DNA of 64,000 nucleotides from an uncultured Granulicatella sp. (GCF_963516875.1 NZ_CAUQCL010000008.1:711-64710), one strand, 5' to 3'; shown: positions 44,599 through 56,637, numbered from the stretch's first letter. Notes: generated by a model not told the origin, from the letters alone. Numbers and translations: made by a program.

Positions 44599-45072
44599 CT
44601 ATTCAACTACTGTTTTATCTAAAAATCCTTTTAAGAATTTTTCAACAATAAATGTACCTAAGAAGGCAAATAAAATATTAGACACAGCTACGCCAAATAC
44701 GCTAGGCCAGAATGGCACTTGTAACGAGTAATACAATGCTGCGGCTACTACAAAGCCACACCAAATTCCATAAGCAGCACTCTTCACATAAGAATTTTTG
44801 AAAATGCGGTTAAAAACATATAAACTCACTGACTGAATTAAAAATCCAGATAAAATATCAATCGGTCCAAGAGGACTTGGAATATTACTAATCATTACAC
44901 CGATTAAAATCCCTAATGACAATTGCGGTTTATAAAATGGAACACCCATTAATAAAGTTGATAAACGGAACTGAAACATCCCGTAAGAAATAGGATTAAT
45001 TAATGTTAAAACAACATATAATGCCCCTATTAAAGTATTTTGTGTTAATAATCTTATTTGTTTTTTATTCAC
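44599..45072 (-). CDS. queT: QueT-family preQ transporter (ECF S-component)
   Basis: ALYVVLT, PISYGMFQFRLS, SPLGPIDI; last gene of the que operon. Confidence 0.85.
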   Translation of the reverse strand: MNKKQIRLLTQNTLIGALYVVLTLINPISYGMFQFRLSTLLMGVPFYKPQLSLGILIGVMISNIPSPLGPIDILSGFLIQSVSLYVFNRIFKNSYVKSAAYGIWCGFVVAAALYYSLQVPFWPSVFGVAVSNILFAFLGTFIVEKFLKGFLDKTVVE

Positions 45073-45719
45073 TATAAAATCTCCAATCCATTTGCTAAAA
45101 AGGCTTTGTTTCGATCAATACAAGTTCCACATTTGCCACATGGAGGATACACGCCATTATAGCAACTATACGTCAACTCATAAGGAACACCCAATTCGAG
45201 TCCTTTTGCGACAATATCTTTCTTCTTCACTTGTCCAAATGGAGCTGTCAATCGAACTTTGCCTCCACTTCCTAATTGAACAGCCTGATTTATCGCTTCA
45301 ATAAATTCAGGAGAACAATCCGGATAAATGACTCCTGAATCATCCAAATGTGCCCCAAAATAAATTTCAGAAGCGCCTTTTTGCATCGCAATTCCTGCTA
45401 AAATCGAAATAAAAATTCCATTACGAAACTCCACTTCGGTATTCGCTTCTGTTTGAGTCGCATAATCTCCTGTACTGACTTCAATATCATTTCCAGCATT
45501 TAAAGAAGATTTACTTCCTGAAAATACAGAAGTAACATCCAAAATTTGATGCGGAACTTTGTAATACGCTGCAATTTTTCTAGCAGCTTCTAATTCCAAT
45601 TCCTTATGCTTTTGATTGTATGCAAAGGAAATAGCCTCGACTTGAGGATTTTGACTCAAAGCAAACGCTAATGCAGTCGAACTATCAACTCCACCACTTA
45701 ATAATACTAATTTCATCAC
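45072..45719 (-). CDS. queC: 7-cyano-7-deazaguanine synthase
   Basis: LSGGVDS, FRNGIF, YPDC, TYSCY..PCGKCGTC. Confidence 0.93.
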   Translation of the reverse strand: MMKLVLLSGGVDSSTALAFALSQNPQVEAISFAYNQKHKELELEAARKIAAYYKVPHQILDVTSVFSGSKSSLNAGNDIEVSTGDYATQTEANTEVEFRNGIFISILAGIAMQKGASEIYFGAHLDDSGVIYPDCSPEFIEAINQAVQLGSGGKVRLTAPFGQVKKKDIVAKGLELGVPYELTYSCYNGVYPPCGKCGTCIDRNKAFLANGLEIL

Positions 45720-45727
45720 GATTCTCC

Positions 45728-46216
45728 TTAACGGTTGTCCACTTTTTCAGGATATAAATCATGATTCATCATACGGTGGTCTGCTACTTGTTCCCATTTA
45801 GTTCCTGGTTTTCCATAGTTACAATATGGATCAATAGAGATTCCTCCACGAGGTGTAAATTTGCCCCAAACCTCAATATATTTTGGATCCATTAATTTTA
45901 CTAAATCTTTCATAATGATATTCATGCAGTCTTCATGGAAATCTCCACGATTTCTAAAGCTAAATAAGTATAATTTTAAAGACTTGCTTTCTACCATACG
46001 TTCTCCTGGAACATAGCTAATATAAATTGTCGCAAAGTCAGGTTGACCTGTAATTGGACATAATGAAGTAAATTCTGGACAATTAAATTTTACAAAATAA
46101 TCGTTTTCTGGATGTTTATTTGGGAATGACTCTAGCACTTCTGGTGCATAATCATCACGATAAACTGTTTTACTTCCTAAGTGTGTAATTTCTCCCATTT
46201 CTTCGTTTTTTCTCAT
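45728..46216 (-). CDS. queF: preQ1 synthase (nitrile reductase)
   Basis: [32 protein letters not shown]. Confidence 0.96.
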   Translation of the reverse strand: MRKNEEMGEITHLGSKTVYRDDYAPEVLESFPNKHPENDYFVKFNCPEFTSLCPITGQPDFATIYISYVPGERMVESKSLKLYLFSFRNRGDFHEDCMNIIMKDLVKLMDPKYIEVWGKFTPRGGISIDPYCNYGKPGTKWEQVADHRMMNHDLYPEKVDNR

Positions 46217-46248
46217 TATTATTCCTTCTTTCCGGACTTATAAGCAAA

Positions 46249-46350
46249 AAATCCCTGAAAAACACCATCGTTTTCCAGGAATCTATTGATCATTTCATGT
46301 TCAAATAAGCCCTAGTTTTGTTTATAGACAGGATGGTTACGAACTGTCTG
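46249..46350 (-). promoter_or_regulatory. preQ1 class I riboswitch with downstream terminator
   Basis: Minus strand AGACAG-TTCGTAACCATC-CTGTCT-ATAAACAAAACTAG aptamer (46311-46350), then CCTGGAAAAC/GTTTTTCAGG hairpin plus U tract. Confidence 0.85.
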
Positions 46351-46382
46351 ACAAATATTCTACCATAAATGAAACGGATTGA

Positions 46383-47729
46383 CTAGTCTTGAACTAAGCG
46401 ATGTATCCATTTTTGTGAATAAACACGGTAAAGTCCGACGACTACTTTTGTCGCTTCTTCCATTCCTGCACAAATGACAACTAGAGTAACAGGTAAATGC
46501 CACACTCCTGCTGCTAAAAGTGACAATGGGACGCCGACTAACCAAACACAACTCATTTCTAATTTCATTCCATAATGAGTATCGCCACCACCTCTTAATA
46601 CTCCTACAACAATAATGGAATTAATTGTTTTTAAAACAAAAATAATACCCATCACTTGTAATAATTGTTGACCTAGGCTATACACTTCTGGACTAATATG
46701 CCCAAATAATAATAATGTCCATTGTGGAGTTAGACTTTCAACAGCACCAATGATAACACCCGTTATAATGGATAAAATAATAAATCGATTCGCATCTTTT
46801 TTCGCTCGATCAATTTTATTTTTCCCAATACTTTGCCCAAGCATAATACTACAACTACTTCCTAGTCCACGAACGATAACAAATGCTAAGCCTTGAATAG
46901 CAACTGCAATTTGCACCGCTGCAGTCGCTTGCGTTCCTACCATCGCATAAGCTACATTATAAAATACTTGCCCTAATGCCCAGAAAGTTTCATTGACAAT
47001 TACTGGTAAAGTTGTTTTCCAATAAACTGTCCAAAATTCTTTTGGAATCTTTTGCAAATGTCGAATCGGAATTTGAAGTGGACCTTGATATCGTTTGATA
47101 ACAAACACTAATACTCCAATTTCAATCAATCTCGCTACAACGGTTCCTAATGCTGCTCCGACAACTCCCATTGCTGGCAATCCTAATTTCCCAAAAATGA
47201 AAATATAATTGAAGAAAGCATTGGCGACAAAACTACTCATTGTTGCCACTAATGGAACTTTTGGATTTCCCGTACTTCTTAAAGCACTTCCTAAAGAAAA
47301 ACTCCATGCAGTAATGACATATGTTAAGGCAGCTACACGTAAATAGTCCCCACCTGCTTGAACAACAGCTGCATCTTTCGTAAATAATTCTAAAATTCCA
47401 TAAGGGAATAACATGGCAACAAGCATAAATGCCACAGAAATCGCTGTAGACAACATTAAACTTGCCTGATTAATTTTTCGAACTTGAGGAACATCCCTCA
47501 CACCCCAATATTGAGCGAACAAAACTGAGGAACCAGTGTTAATCCCAAAACAAATTAATGTAAATAAGAAAAACACCTGATTCGCTAATCCCACACCCGC
47601 AATACTCGCATCTCCAAGAGAGGAAATCATCATCGTATCTAATGTGTTCAAAAATGAAGTTAGTAAACTTTGCAATGCAACAGGTATCGCAATCGCAAAC
47701 ATTTGTTGATAAAACGCCTTTGAATTCAT
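46383..47729 (-). CDS. MATE family efflux transporter
   Basis: DTMMISSLG, NAFFNYIFIFG, VLRGGGD; about 12 TM helices. Confidence 0.9.
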   Translation of the reverse strand: MNSKAFYQQMFAIAIPVALQSLLTSFLNTLDTMMISSLGDASIAGVGLANQVFFLFTLICFGINTGSSVLFAQYWGVRDVPQVRKINQASLMLSTAISVAFMLVAMLFPYGILELFTKDAAVVQAGGDYLRVAALTYVITAWSFSLGSALRSTGNPKVPLVATMSSFVANAFFNYIFIFGKLGLPAMGVVGAALGTVVARLIEIGVLVFVIKRYQGPLQIPIRHLQKIPKEFWTVYWKTTLPVIVNETFWALGQVFYNVAYAMVGTQATAAVQIAVAIQGLAFVIVRGLGSSCSIMLGQSIGKNKIDRAKKDANRFIILSIITGVIIGAVESLTPQWTLLLFGHISPEVYSLGQQLLQVMGIIFVLKTINSIIVVGVLRGGGDTHYGMKLEMSCVWLVGVPLSLLAAGVWHLPVTLVVICAGMEEATKVVVGLYRVYSQKWIHRLVQD

Positions 47730-47823
47730 CTCATCCTCCTTTTATTTTGTATAAATTTTCAAAATTATTTACTCTTTCACTATTCTATACTTTTAGGGAA
47801 CTTCTTTCAATTGATTGTATGAC

Positions 47824-47906
47824 TAAACTGTTTTATCCCTTAAAATTTGATTTTGCCCTTAAAAACAGTTAAAATTTAAGGGATAACAATAACTTTAAGG
47901 GGAAAA
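47824..47906 (+). promoter_or_regulatory. Array of CCCTTAAA/TTTAAGGG half-sites upstream of fic
   Basis: Two direct CCCTTAAAA sites followed by two inverted TTTAAGGG sites. Confidence 0.45.
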
Positions 47907-47908
47907 AT

Positions 47909-48955
47909 ATGAGAAATTTTAATTATAATGAAATCAAAAACAATCTTTGGGATTCAGAAATCTTAGGATTAGTTTCAGCCATTTATAAATATCAAGGCAA
48001 GCAAGAATTATACTTAAAACAAAGACCTGAAGAACTAAATCGATTAATTGAAATTGCAAAAATCCAAAGTACAGAAGCCTCTAATGAGATTGAAGGAATT
48101 GTTACAACTAGTACAAGATTGAGAGAATTAGTAGAAGAAAAAACAACTCCTCGAAATAGAAATGAACAAGAAATAGCTGGTTATAGAGATGTATTAAATA
48201 TTATTCATGAGAATTTTGATGTTATTCCAATTTCAAAAAACTATATTCTTCAAATGCACAAAATGTTGTATAGTCATATGAACAATCCAATGGCAGGTCA
48301 AACTAAAAATGTTCAAAATTATATTAGTGCCACTTATCCTGACGGATACACCGAAGTTTTATTCACTCCATTATCGCCCTTAGAAACACCTAATGCACTA
48401 GAAAAAATTTGTGACGAATATAATGTGATTATTGGCAATATGGAAGTTGATCCACTTATTGCCATCCCCATTTTTATTCATGATTTTCTTTGTATCCATC
48501 CTTTTAATGATGGAAATGGCAGAATGAGTCGATTATTAACAACCTTACTTTTATATAGAAGTGGATTTTATGTTGGAAAGTATATTTCTCTAGAAGCCAT
48601 TATAGCGAAGAATAAACCAGAATATTATACTTCCTTAAATATTGCCGGAAAAGGTTGGCATGATGAAAAAGAAGACAATATACCTTTCATCAAATACTTA
48701 CTAGGAATTATTCTATCAGCATACCAAGCATTTGAAGATCGTTTTTCAATTGTTGAAGAAAAAATGCCTGCATTAGAAATGGTTAGAAAAGCAACTTATC
48801 AAAAATTAGGACGATTTACAAAACAAGATATCCGTGAACTTTGTCCAACACTTAGTGTAAGTTCTATTGAATTAGCTTTAAGAAAACTAATTTCAGAAGG
48901 AGAAATCAAACGAGAAGGTAGCGGAAGATCAATAAATTATGTAAGATTAAACTAG
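47909..48955 (+). CDS. Fic-domain protein with internal inhibitory motif and C-terminal HTH
   Basis: HPFNDGNGRMSR active-site motif; SNEIEG inhibitory motif; C-terminal winged-helix-like segment. Confidence 0.9.
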   Translation: MRNFNYNEIKNNLWDSEILGLVSAIYKYQGKQELYLKQRPEELNRLIEIAKIQSTEASNEIEGIVTTSTRLRELVEEKTTPRNRNEQEIAGYRDVLNIIHENFDVIPISKNYILQMHKMLYSHMNNPMAGQTKNVQNYISATYPDGYTEVLFTPLSPLETPNALEKICDEYNVIIGNMEVDPLIAIPIFIHDFLCIHPFNDGNGRMSRLLTTLLLYRSGFYVGKYISLEAIIAKNKPEYYTSLNIAGKGWHDEKEDNIPFIKYLLGIILSAYQAFEDRFSIVEEKMPALEMVRKATYQKLGRFTKQDIRELCPTLSVSSIELALRKLISEGEIKREGSGRSINYVRLN

Positions 48956-49007
48956 TACCCCAAACAAAAAAAGGATGAGTGACTCATCCTTTTTTTGTTT
49001 GACTTAA

Positions 49008-49469
49008 TTAGATTCCAGGTGCTTCATTTAAGTGTGCACGTAGCATCCAAATAATTTTTTCAATATCTCCTTTGAAGCCGATGCAGATATCTTGTGAAAC
49101 ATCATCGCCTTCTTCTCCAGCTGTTTCTAAACCTTCTTGGTATAACCCTCTTAAGTATTCATATCCTACTAATAAATGTCTTACCCATTCATCAATTGAA
49201 CGTTCGTAAGATGCAGGAATATCTTGAATTTTAGTGTTATCCGCAAATTCACGTAATGTTGAATATGGCGCTCCCCCAATAGTGATTAAGCGTTCTGAAA
49301 CTTCGTCTAATTGCTCGTTGATTTCATCCATTAATTTATCCATTGCTGGGTGTAATGTTAAAAATCCACGTCCACGCATATACCAGTGTACTTGGTGAAT
49401 AATTGCTGCTTGTTGACTTAAGTCAGCTACTAATTGATTTAATACTAATTTTGTTTTTTCTTTTGACAT
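49008..49469 (-). CDS. dps: Dps/Dpr ferritin-like protein
   Basis: HWYMRGRGFLTLH, LDEVSERL, IWML. Confidence 0.95.
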   Translation of the reverse strand: MSKEKTKLVLNQLVADLSQQAAIIHQVHWYMRGRGFLTLHPAMDKLMDEINEQLDEVSERLITIGGAPYSTLREFADNTKIQDIPASYERSIDEWVRHLLVGYEYLRGLYQEGLETAGEEGDDVSQDICIGFKGDIEKIIWMLRAHLNEAPGI

Positions 49470-49506
49470 TTGTCATTCCCCCTTTATGAATATAGTATAT
49501 CACAGA

Positions 49507-49521
49507 ATAGAATAATTCTAA
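49507..49521. promoter_or_regulatory. PerR-box-like operator upstream of dps
   Basis: ATAGAATAATTCTAA, a 7-1-7 Fur-family palindrome. Confidence 0.65.
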
Positions 49522-49568
49522 ACTAGAATGCTCATTTTTTTATATTTTTTTAAGAAAAAAGAGATAAA

Positions 49569-50014
49569 TGGATTTTTCGCTGTAGCCTTAACAATGAGAC
49601 TCGCAACAGCTAGACTGCTTGCGTCCTTCGCCACACCAAGACAAAGTCCAATCTCTTCACCATATTCTCGTATACACACGTCCAAATAAATGGACTTTTC
49701 GTAGTAGTAAACGTAAGAGTAACCGACAGAGTTACTCTTACTCGGGGAAAATCGAGACTTAGGCTCGATTTTTAGCTAAGAGACTCGCAAGGCGAGGCTA
49801 CTAGCGTCCCTTACTACTACAGACAAAGTCCAATCTCTTTCACTTCACTCTCATACACATACGTCCAAATAAATGGACTTTTCGCTGTAGCGTTAATACT
49901 AGAAGCCACACTGGCTTCTAGTACAGGAAAACTTGAGACCTTAGGCTCAAGTTTTAGCAATGAGACTCGCAACAGCGAGGCTGCTTGCGTCCTTCGCTAC
50001 AACAGAAAAGTCCA
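49569..50014 (+). repeat. Three tandem multi-hairpin element copies (first one deleted)
   Basis: 49569-49630, 49691-49832 and 49874-50014 with GGACTTT/AAAGTCC arms and conserved linkers. Confidence 0.9.
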
Positions 50015-50024
50015 ATTTAAGTCA

Positions 50025-51515
<1,491 letters not shown>

Positions 51516-51708
51516 CTAGAATCTGTAATTTTTAATAGCTAATATACCATGAATAGAATAAAATGCAAGTAGTTTTTCATTAGAAAACGGTTAATTTATG
51601 AACATTATTCATACTTTCTGTTAAAATTATTCTTATTTTCTAAATTTACACTCCAATATTTTTTCATTTCAATATCTGTGCTACAATATATACTAACAAA
51701 GGGGGATT

Positions 51709-52392
51709 ATGATGAGATAACTCATTTACATGGTGGCAAGTATAGCATTTTTAACAGCTTGTCACTCTCAGACAACAACAGAAAACAAACCAGAAACAAC
51801 TCAAGCAACTACTACGACTGAACAAACTACTGCAACTGCTAAAAAAAGTAATGGTCAAGCAGATTTATCTTTAGGAATTCAAATGGTCGTGAACAAAAAA
51901 CACAAACTACCTGCTGACTATAACCCAGGAGAAAATCCACTCGCAGGAGAGAAAATTAGAGAACTGATTAAAAAAATGCAAGAGTTAGGTTTTAGCATTA
52001 GTAATCAATATAGCGGATTTCGTTCCTATGACTATCAAACTCAACTGTATCAAAACTACGTAAATAAAGATGGAAAGGAAGCAGCAGACACTTATTCTGC
52101 TCGCCCAGGATATAGTGAACATCAAACGGGGCTTGCTTTTGATATTTTAAATGGGGCCGGTGGATTATTAGGAGAAAATCCTCAAGATGAAAAAGCTATT
52201 GAATGGTTGCATAGTCATGCTCATGAATATGGCTTTATTGTAAGATTCCAAGAAGGAAAAGAAGCCATTACAGGTTATCAAGCAGAAGCGTGGCATTTAA
52301 GATATGTTGGAGATATCGCAGAAAAAATCTACACATCAAAACAAACATTAGAAGAATATTTTGGAGTAGAAGGCGGCAATTACGCCGATTGA
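51709..52392 (+). CDS. M15B (LdcB/DacB/VanY-like) carboxypeptidase lipoprotein; in-frame TAA at codon 4
   Basis: SEHQTGLAFD and EAWH motifs, lipobox LTAC. The RBS-linked ATG at 51709 is followed by ATG AGA TAA, in frame with the ORF from 51730. Confidence 0.8.
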
Positions 52393-52440
52393 TAATGAAA
52401 AATCCGTTAATCGGGAATGATTAACGGATTTTTCATATCT

Positions 52441-53223
52441 TTAATAAATCTGACAGTCAGTTACAATGGAATGTTGTTTTTCTTTTAATGACTCCAAGCG
52501 TTCTTGGTATAAACTTGGAAATGTTGTCAGTCTTGCTCTTAATGGGGCAATTTTTAATGCAGAAACTAAATAGTCTACAAACAATAAACAATTATTTCTC
52601 CACATTGTATACAATTTAAATTGTGTTTTTCTAAATTTATAAAAAGTTACCGGCATGCATTGTACCATAAAATACGCATACATCTCTTCTAACTTTTCAC
52701 TGACAGGATTAAACGAACAAATATCATCTGGTGGAGACCAAGTGAAAGATTCCTTCAATATTTTTTCCAAACGATTTTTAATTAATTGAATTTGTTCATC
52801 GGTTACTTCTAAACTATAAATGTATAGCGTTTTTTGGTAATGTCTCTTACAAAATTTAAAATAATCTTCTCTTGGTGCTTTTAATAGGACACCTTCACCT
52901 CTAGCTCCATTTAAAATACAAGCTAGTTCATCATAATTTCCATAAGAATACACATAACCTTCAATACAAATATCTACATGCCCTAACACTCCCATGCCGA
53001 TTTCCATTGCATGGACAATAATTTCTAACTTTGATTTTGCTTCCGGAATTGGTCTAGCTAGACTAGTATCCACTTGAGATAAGTCCATTAATGGTAATAA
53101 ACGAATCCCTTTTTCTACAATTCTTTCTCCCAATTTTACCATATTGAAAGAGATACACCTCGATTCATTTAAGATATCGTTGTTATTATAACATAAGAAA
53201 AGCCATTTCGTTACAAAAATCAA
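52441..53223 (-). CDS. Hypothetical protein, possibly permuted papain-like fold (start uncertain)
   Basis: GHVD...SYGNYD followed by a distal NNC motif. Confidence 0.55.
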   Translation of the reverse strand: MIFVTKWLFLCYNNNDILNESRCISFNMVKLGERIVEKGIRLLPLMDLSQVDTSLARPIPEAKSKLEIIVHAMEIGMGVLGHVDICIEGYVYSYGNYDELACILNGARGEGVLLKAPREDYFKFCKRHYQKTLYIYSLEVTDEQIQLIKNRLEKILKESFTWSPPDDICSFNPVSEKLEEMYAYFMVQCMPVTFYKFRKTQFKLYTMWRNNCLLFVDYLVSALKIAPLRARLTTFPSLYQERLESLKEKQHSIVTDCQIY

Positions 53224-53362
53224 AAAACTCCGACAAAACTTGTCGGAGAAAAAAAGGATAGAGTTTATTTACTTTGGGAAGTAAATATATTCTTTTGGAA
53301 TACCTAAAGTATACACTTGATTTGTGAAGATTTTATGACGAAACTATGCTATTTTCATATTT

Positions 53363-54616
53363 TTACCAACCTTGTGCAGCATGTAATCCTGCAACATATC
53401 CTGTTACAAAGGCTGATGTAATATTATATCCACCGGTATAGCCATGAATATCTAATAATTCTCCACAGAAATATACTCCTTGAGTGATTTTTGATTCTAA
53501 AGTTTTTGGATCCACTTCTTTTAATTGAACGCCCCCACCTGTCACAAAACCTTTTTCAATTGGTAGACTTCCATTAACTGTAAATCTAAAATCTTGAATA
53601 ACATTTAGCAATTGTTGGGTTTCTTGTTCAGTCATTTTCCCAATGACTTTTTGTGAAGATAGTCCAATTTGTTCAATTAAAAATTCCGCATATCGTTCAG
53701 GCATCCACTCTTTTAACGGTGTCTTTATAGTCTTTTGTGGATTATTTTCTTTCCATTCTTGCCATTTTTCTAATAATTCCTGTTTGGTTAAATCAGGTTG
53801 TATATTTAGTGATATCGTAACTTCTTTAATATTGTCTTTTTGTTGAACTTGATGAACAAAGCTTGAGCAACGTAATACAGCTGGACCACTGATCCCAAAA
53901 TGCGTAAAAATCATATCCATTTGATGCGTCACAACTGCTTTTCCTTTTTGATTCAATACACTTAAAGCAACATTTTTTAAAGAAAGTGCTCGTAATACGC
54001 CTTCTTTAATGAAAGTTTCCTGACTTGTTAGAGGGACTTCTGTGGCAAATAATGGAGTAATGGTATGCCCTACATTCCGAGCGATTCCATACCCATCTCC
54101 AGTGGATCCTGTTTTTGGATAAGATTTTCCACCTAGCGCTAAAATCACCGCATCTCCTTCGATTCTTTCACCAGTATCTAATTCGACTGCTGAAAAGTGT
54201 TCTTCTTCTAGTCGAATCGCTTTGACTTTTACATTTGTTCTTACTTGTATGCCTAATCGTTTAATTTCTTCGATGAAGGTATTCAAGATTGTTTTAGCGG
54301 AATCGGATACTGGAAACATTCTTCCGTGGTCTTCTTCTTTTAATTGGACTCCTCGGTTTTGGAAAAATTCAATAATGTCTTGGTTATCGAATTGGGAAAA
54401 GGCGCTATGTAAGAAGCGTCCGTTTCCTGGGATATGTTTAATGATTTCGTCTCTTGAACGAATGTTTGTTACGTTGCAACGGGTTCCGCCTGTTAATAAT
54501 AATTTTCGTCCTAAGTTTGGATTTTTTTCTAGTAGAATTACTTCTGCTCCTGCTAATGCTGCACTAACGCTTGCCATTAATCCGCTCGTTCCTCCACCTA
54601 CTACAATGACTTTCAT
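53363..54616 (-). CDS. HI0933/YtfP-family flavoprotein
   Basis: GGGTSG, GGTRCNVTN, GSTGDG, TGGYNIT. Confidence 0.92.
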   Translation of the reverse strand: MKVIVVGGGTSGLMASVSAALAGAEVILLEKNPNLGRKLLLTGGTRCNVTNIRSRDEIIKHIPGNGRFLHSAFSQFDNQDIIEFFQNRGVQLKEEDHGRMFPVSDSAKTILNTFIEEIKRLGIQVRTNVKVKAIRLEEEHFSAVELDTGERIEGDAVILALGGKSYPKTGSTGDGYGIARNVGHTITPLFATEVPLTSQETFIKEGVLRALSLKNVALSVLNQKGKAVVTHQMDMIFTHFGISGPAVLRCSSFVHQVQQKDNIKEVTISLNIQPDLTKQELLEKWQEWKENNPQKTIKTPLKEWMPERYAEFLIEQIGLSSQKVIGKMTEQETQQLLNVIQDFRFTVNGSLPIEKGFVTGGGVQLKEVDPKTLESKITQGVYFCGELLDIHGYTGGYNITSAFVTGYVAGLHAAQGW

Positions 54617-54686
54617 AAATTCTCCTTTGTATCTTTATTCGTAATTTTACTATAAGGGAAATGATACTTGACCGTCAAACTATAAG

Positions 54687-55088
54687 GTGAATAAAGAGAA
54701 AATACTTCTCAATATAGTAACAAAGGACGGCAGCAACCTTGTCTCGCAAGTCTCATACCTAAAATTCGAGCCTCGGTCTCGAATTTTCCTTACTATGGGA
54801 AGTATTTTCTCTTTATTCATTACGCCCTCTCATATATATACCCCTAACAAAAAAAGACTTGCCGTTGTAGCATTCACATTATTCTATCCGCTACTACTAT
54901 AGCTAAAGTCTTATTCATTACGCCCATTCATTTATATGATCCACAACCTGAAAAAAACTTGCCATAGTAGTATTAGTCCAATAAGTCAAATATTGGCTTA
55001 TTGGACAGGAAAATTTGAGACCTAGGCTCAAATTTTAGGCATGAGACCGCAGGGCTGCTGCCGTCCTCTACTACTATAGCTAAAGTTT
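54687..55088. repeat. Cluster of multi-hairpin elements (reverse copy, arms-only remnant, forward copy)
   Basis: 54687-54820 reverse; about 54855-54910 arms only; 54956-55088 forward. Confidence 0.88.
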
Positions 55089-55104
55089 TATTCATAAAAA
55101 TTTT

Positions 55105-56229
55105 TTATTTTACAAAATCCACCAAAAATCCATAGCCTTTTTCTTCCATCTCTGCCAACGGAATAAAACGAATAGCGGCACTATTAATGCAGAAACGTAA
55201 TCCACCTTTGTCTTGAGGTCCATCATCAAAAACATGCCCTAAATGAGAATCCGCAATACGACTACGAACTTCAATTCGTTTCATATTAAAACTTGTATCT
55301 TCCTTATAAGTCACTACTTCTGAAGAAATAGGTTTTGTAAAACTTGGCCATCCACAACCAGAATCAAACTTATCTTTTGAAGAGAAAAGTGGTTCCCCCG
55401 TTACTACATCAACATAAATTCCTGGTTCATGATTGTCCCAATACTCATTTGAAAAAGCCATTTCTGTACGATTTTCTCTCGTAACTGCATATTGTTCTTT
55501 TGTTAGTGTCTTTTTCAACGTATCTTCATCTGGGATTGGATATAAACTAGGATCAATGACTGGATCATTTGCTTTATTCACATCAATATGACAATAGCCA
55601 TTTGGATGTTTCTTTAAATAATCTTGATGGTAATCTTCTGCAACAACAAAGTTTCTAAGATTTTCTCTTTCAATCGCTACTTTTTTGCCTAATTGTTCTT
55701 CTTTTTCTGCTACTACCTGCTCAATAATTTCTTTATCATCATCATTTTGATAATAAATTCCTGTTCGATATTGACGACCTACATCATTACCTTGTTTGTT
55801 GACTGATAGTGGATCAATCACTCTAAAGTAATATAATAAAATTTCTCGAAGAGATACAACTTTTGCATCATAAGTAATTTTTACTGTTTCTGCATGATCT
55901 GTATCATGTATTAATTGATAATTTGTAGTTTCTACTTTTCCATTTGCATACCCACTAACTGCATCTTCTACTCCATTAATTCTTGAGAAATATTCTTCTA
56001 ATCCCCAAAAACAGCCGCCTGCTAGATAGATTTCCTTCAACTCTTTTTCTCCCTTATTTTCTGATTTATTAACCTTTTGCTGGTTAATAATAGAACTAAC
56101 CTTTTTCTCAATTGGATTTCCGTTTCCTAGATTAGTTAACGGAGAAGAATAAACAAAATAATAAGAAGCAATCAGCAATACAATTAACGTTACGACTCCA
56201 ATCAATATTTTTTTATCCATTATACCCAC
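55105..56229 (-). CDS. msrAB: Membrane-anchored MsrAB methionine sulfoxide reductase
   Basis: N-terminal TM helix; GGCFWG; GCGWPSF; RFCINS. Confidence 0.95.
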   Translation of the reverse strand: MGIMDKKILIGVVTLIVLLIASYYFVYSSPLTNLGNGNPIEKKVSSIINQQKVNKSENKGEKELKEIYLAGGCFWGLEEYFSRINGVEDAVSGYANGKVETTNYQLIHDTDHAETVKITYDAKVVSLREILLYYFRVIDPLSVNKQGNDVGRQYRTGIYYQNDDDKEIIEQVVAEKEEQLGKKVAIERENLRNFVVAEDYHQDYLKKHPNGYCHIDVNKANDPVIDPSLYPIPDEDTLKKTLTKEQYAVTRENRTEMAFSNEYWDNHEPGIYVDVVTGEPLFSSKDKFDSGCGWPSFTKPISSEVVTYKEDTSFNMKRIEVRSRIADSHLGHVFDDGPQDKGGLRFCINSAAIRFIPLAEMEEKGYGFLVDFVK

Positions 56230-56296
56230 TCCCTAGATTTTACTGAGATATTTTGAATCTATTAATTATTCATGTATTCTACTAAATATTAAGGAT

Positions 56297-56623
56297 AAAA
56301 TACTTTTAGGTATAGTAACAAAGGACGGTAGCAGCCTTGCTGTTGCAAGTCTCATACCTAAAATTCGAGCCATAGTCTCAAATTTTCCTTCCCATAGTAA
56401 CCACTCCATGGTTACTATGGGCCTTGTTACTATGAAAAGTATTTTCTCTTTATTCACTTGGACGATTCTAACAAAAACTAGAAAAGACTTGTCGTTGTAG
56501 TATTAGTCCAATAAGTCAGATATGGCTTATTGGACAGGAAAATTTGAGACCTAGGCTCAAATTTTAGCAATGAGACAGCACTGCTGGCTGCTTGCGTCCT
56601 CCTACTACAACAGCTAAAGTCTT
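56297..56623. repeat. Reverse plus forward pair of multi-hairpin elements inside the ccdA-tlpA-msrAB cluster
   Basis: 56297-56445 reverse, 56484-56623 forward; paralogous to the 54687-55088 cluster. Confidence 0.88.
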
Positions 56624-56637
56624 ATTCATAAATAAAT

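Noticed and set aside
49569..50014. Tandem repeats as a CRISPR array
   Set aside because: Units are 130-180 bp, diverged and structured, with conserved linkers rather than unique spacers; no cas genes in the window
51730..52392. VanY vancomycin-resistance gene
   Set aside because: No van cluster nearby; lipoprotein architecture fits a housekeeping LdcB/DacB
54687..56457. Short ORFs 54687-54902 and 56266-56457 starting MNKEKIL (and similar ORFs at 14060, 17468, 17688, 39433)
   Set aside because: They are readings through the palindromic elements; the shared start comes from inverted arms, and no frame is conserved
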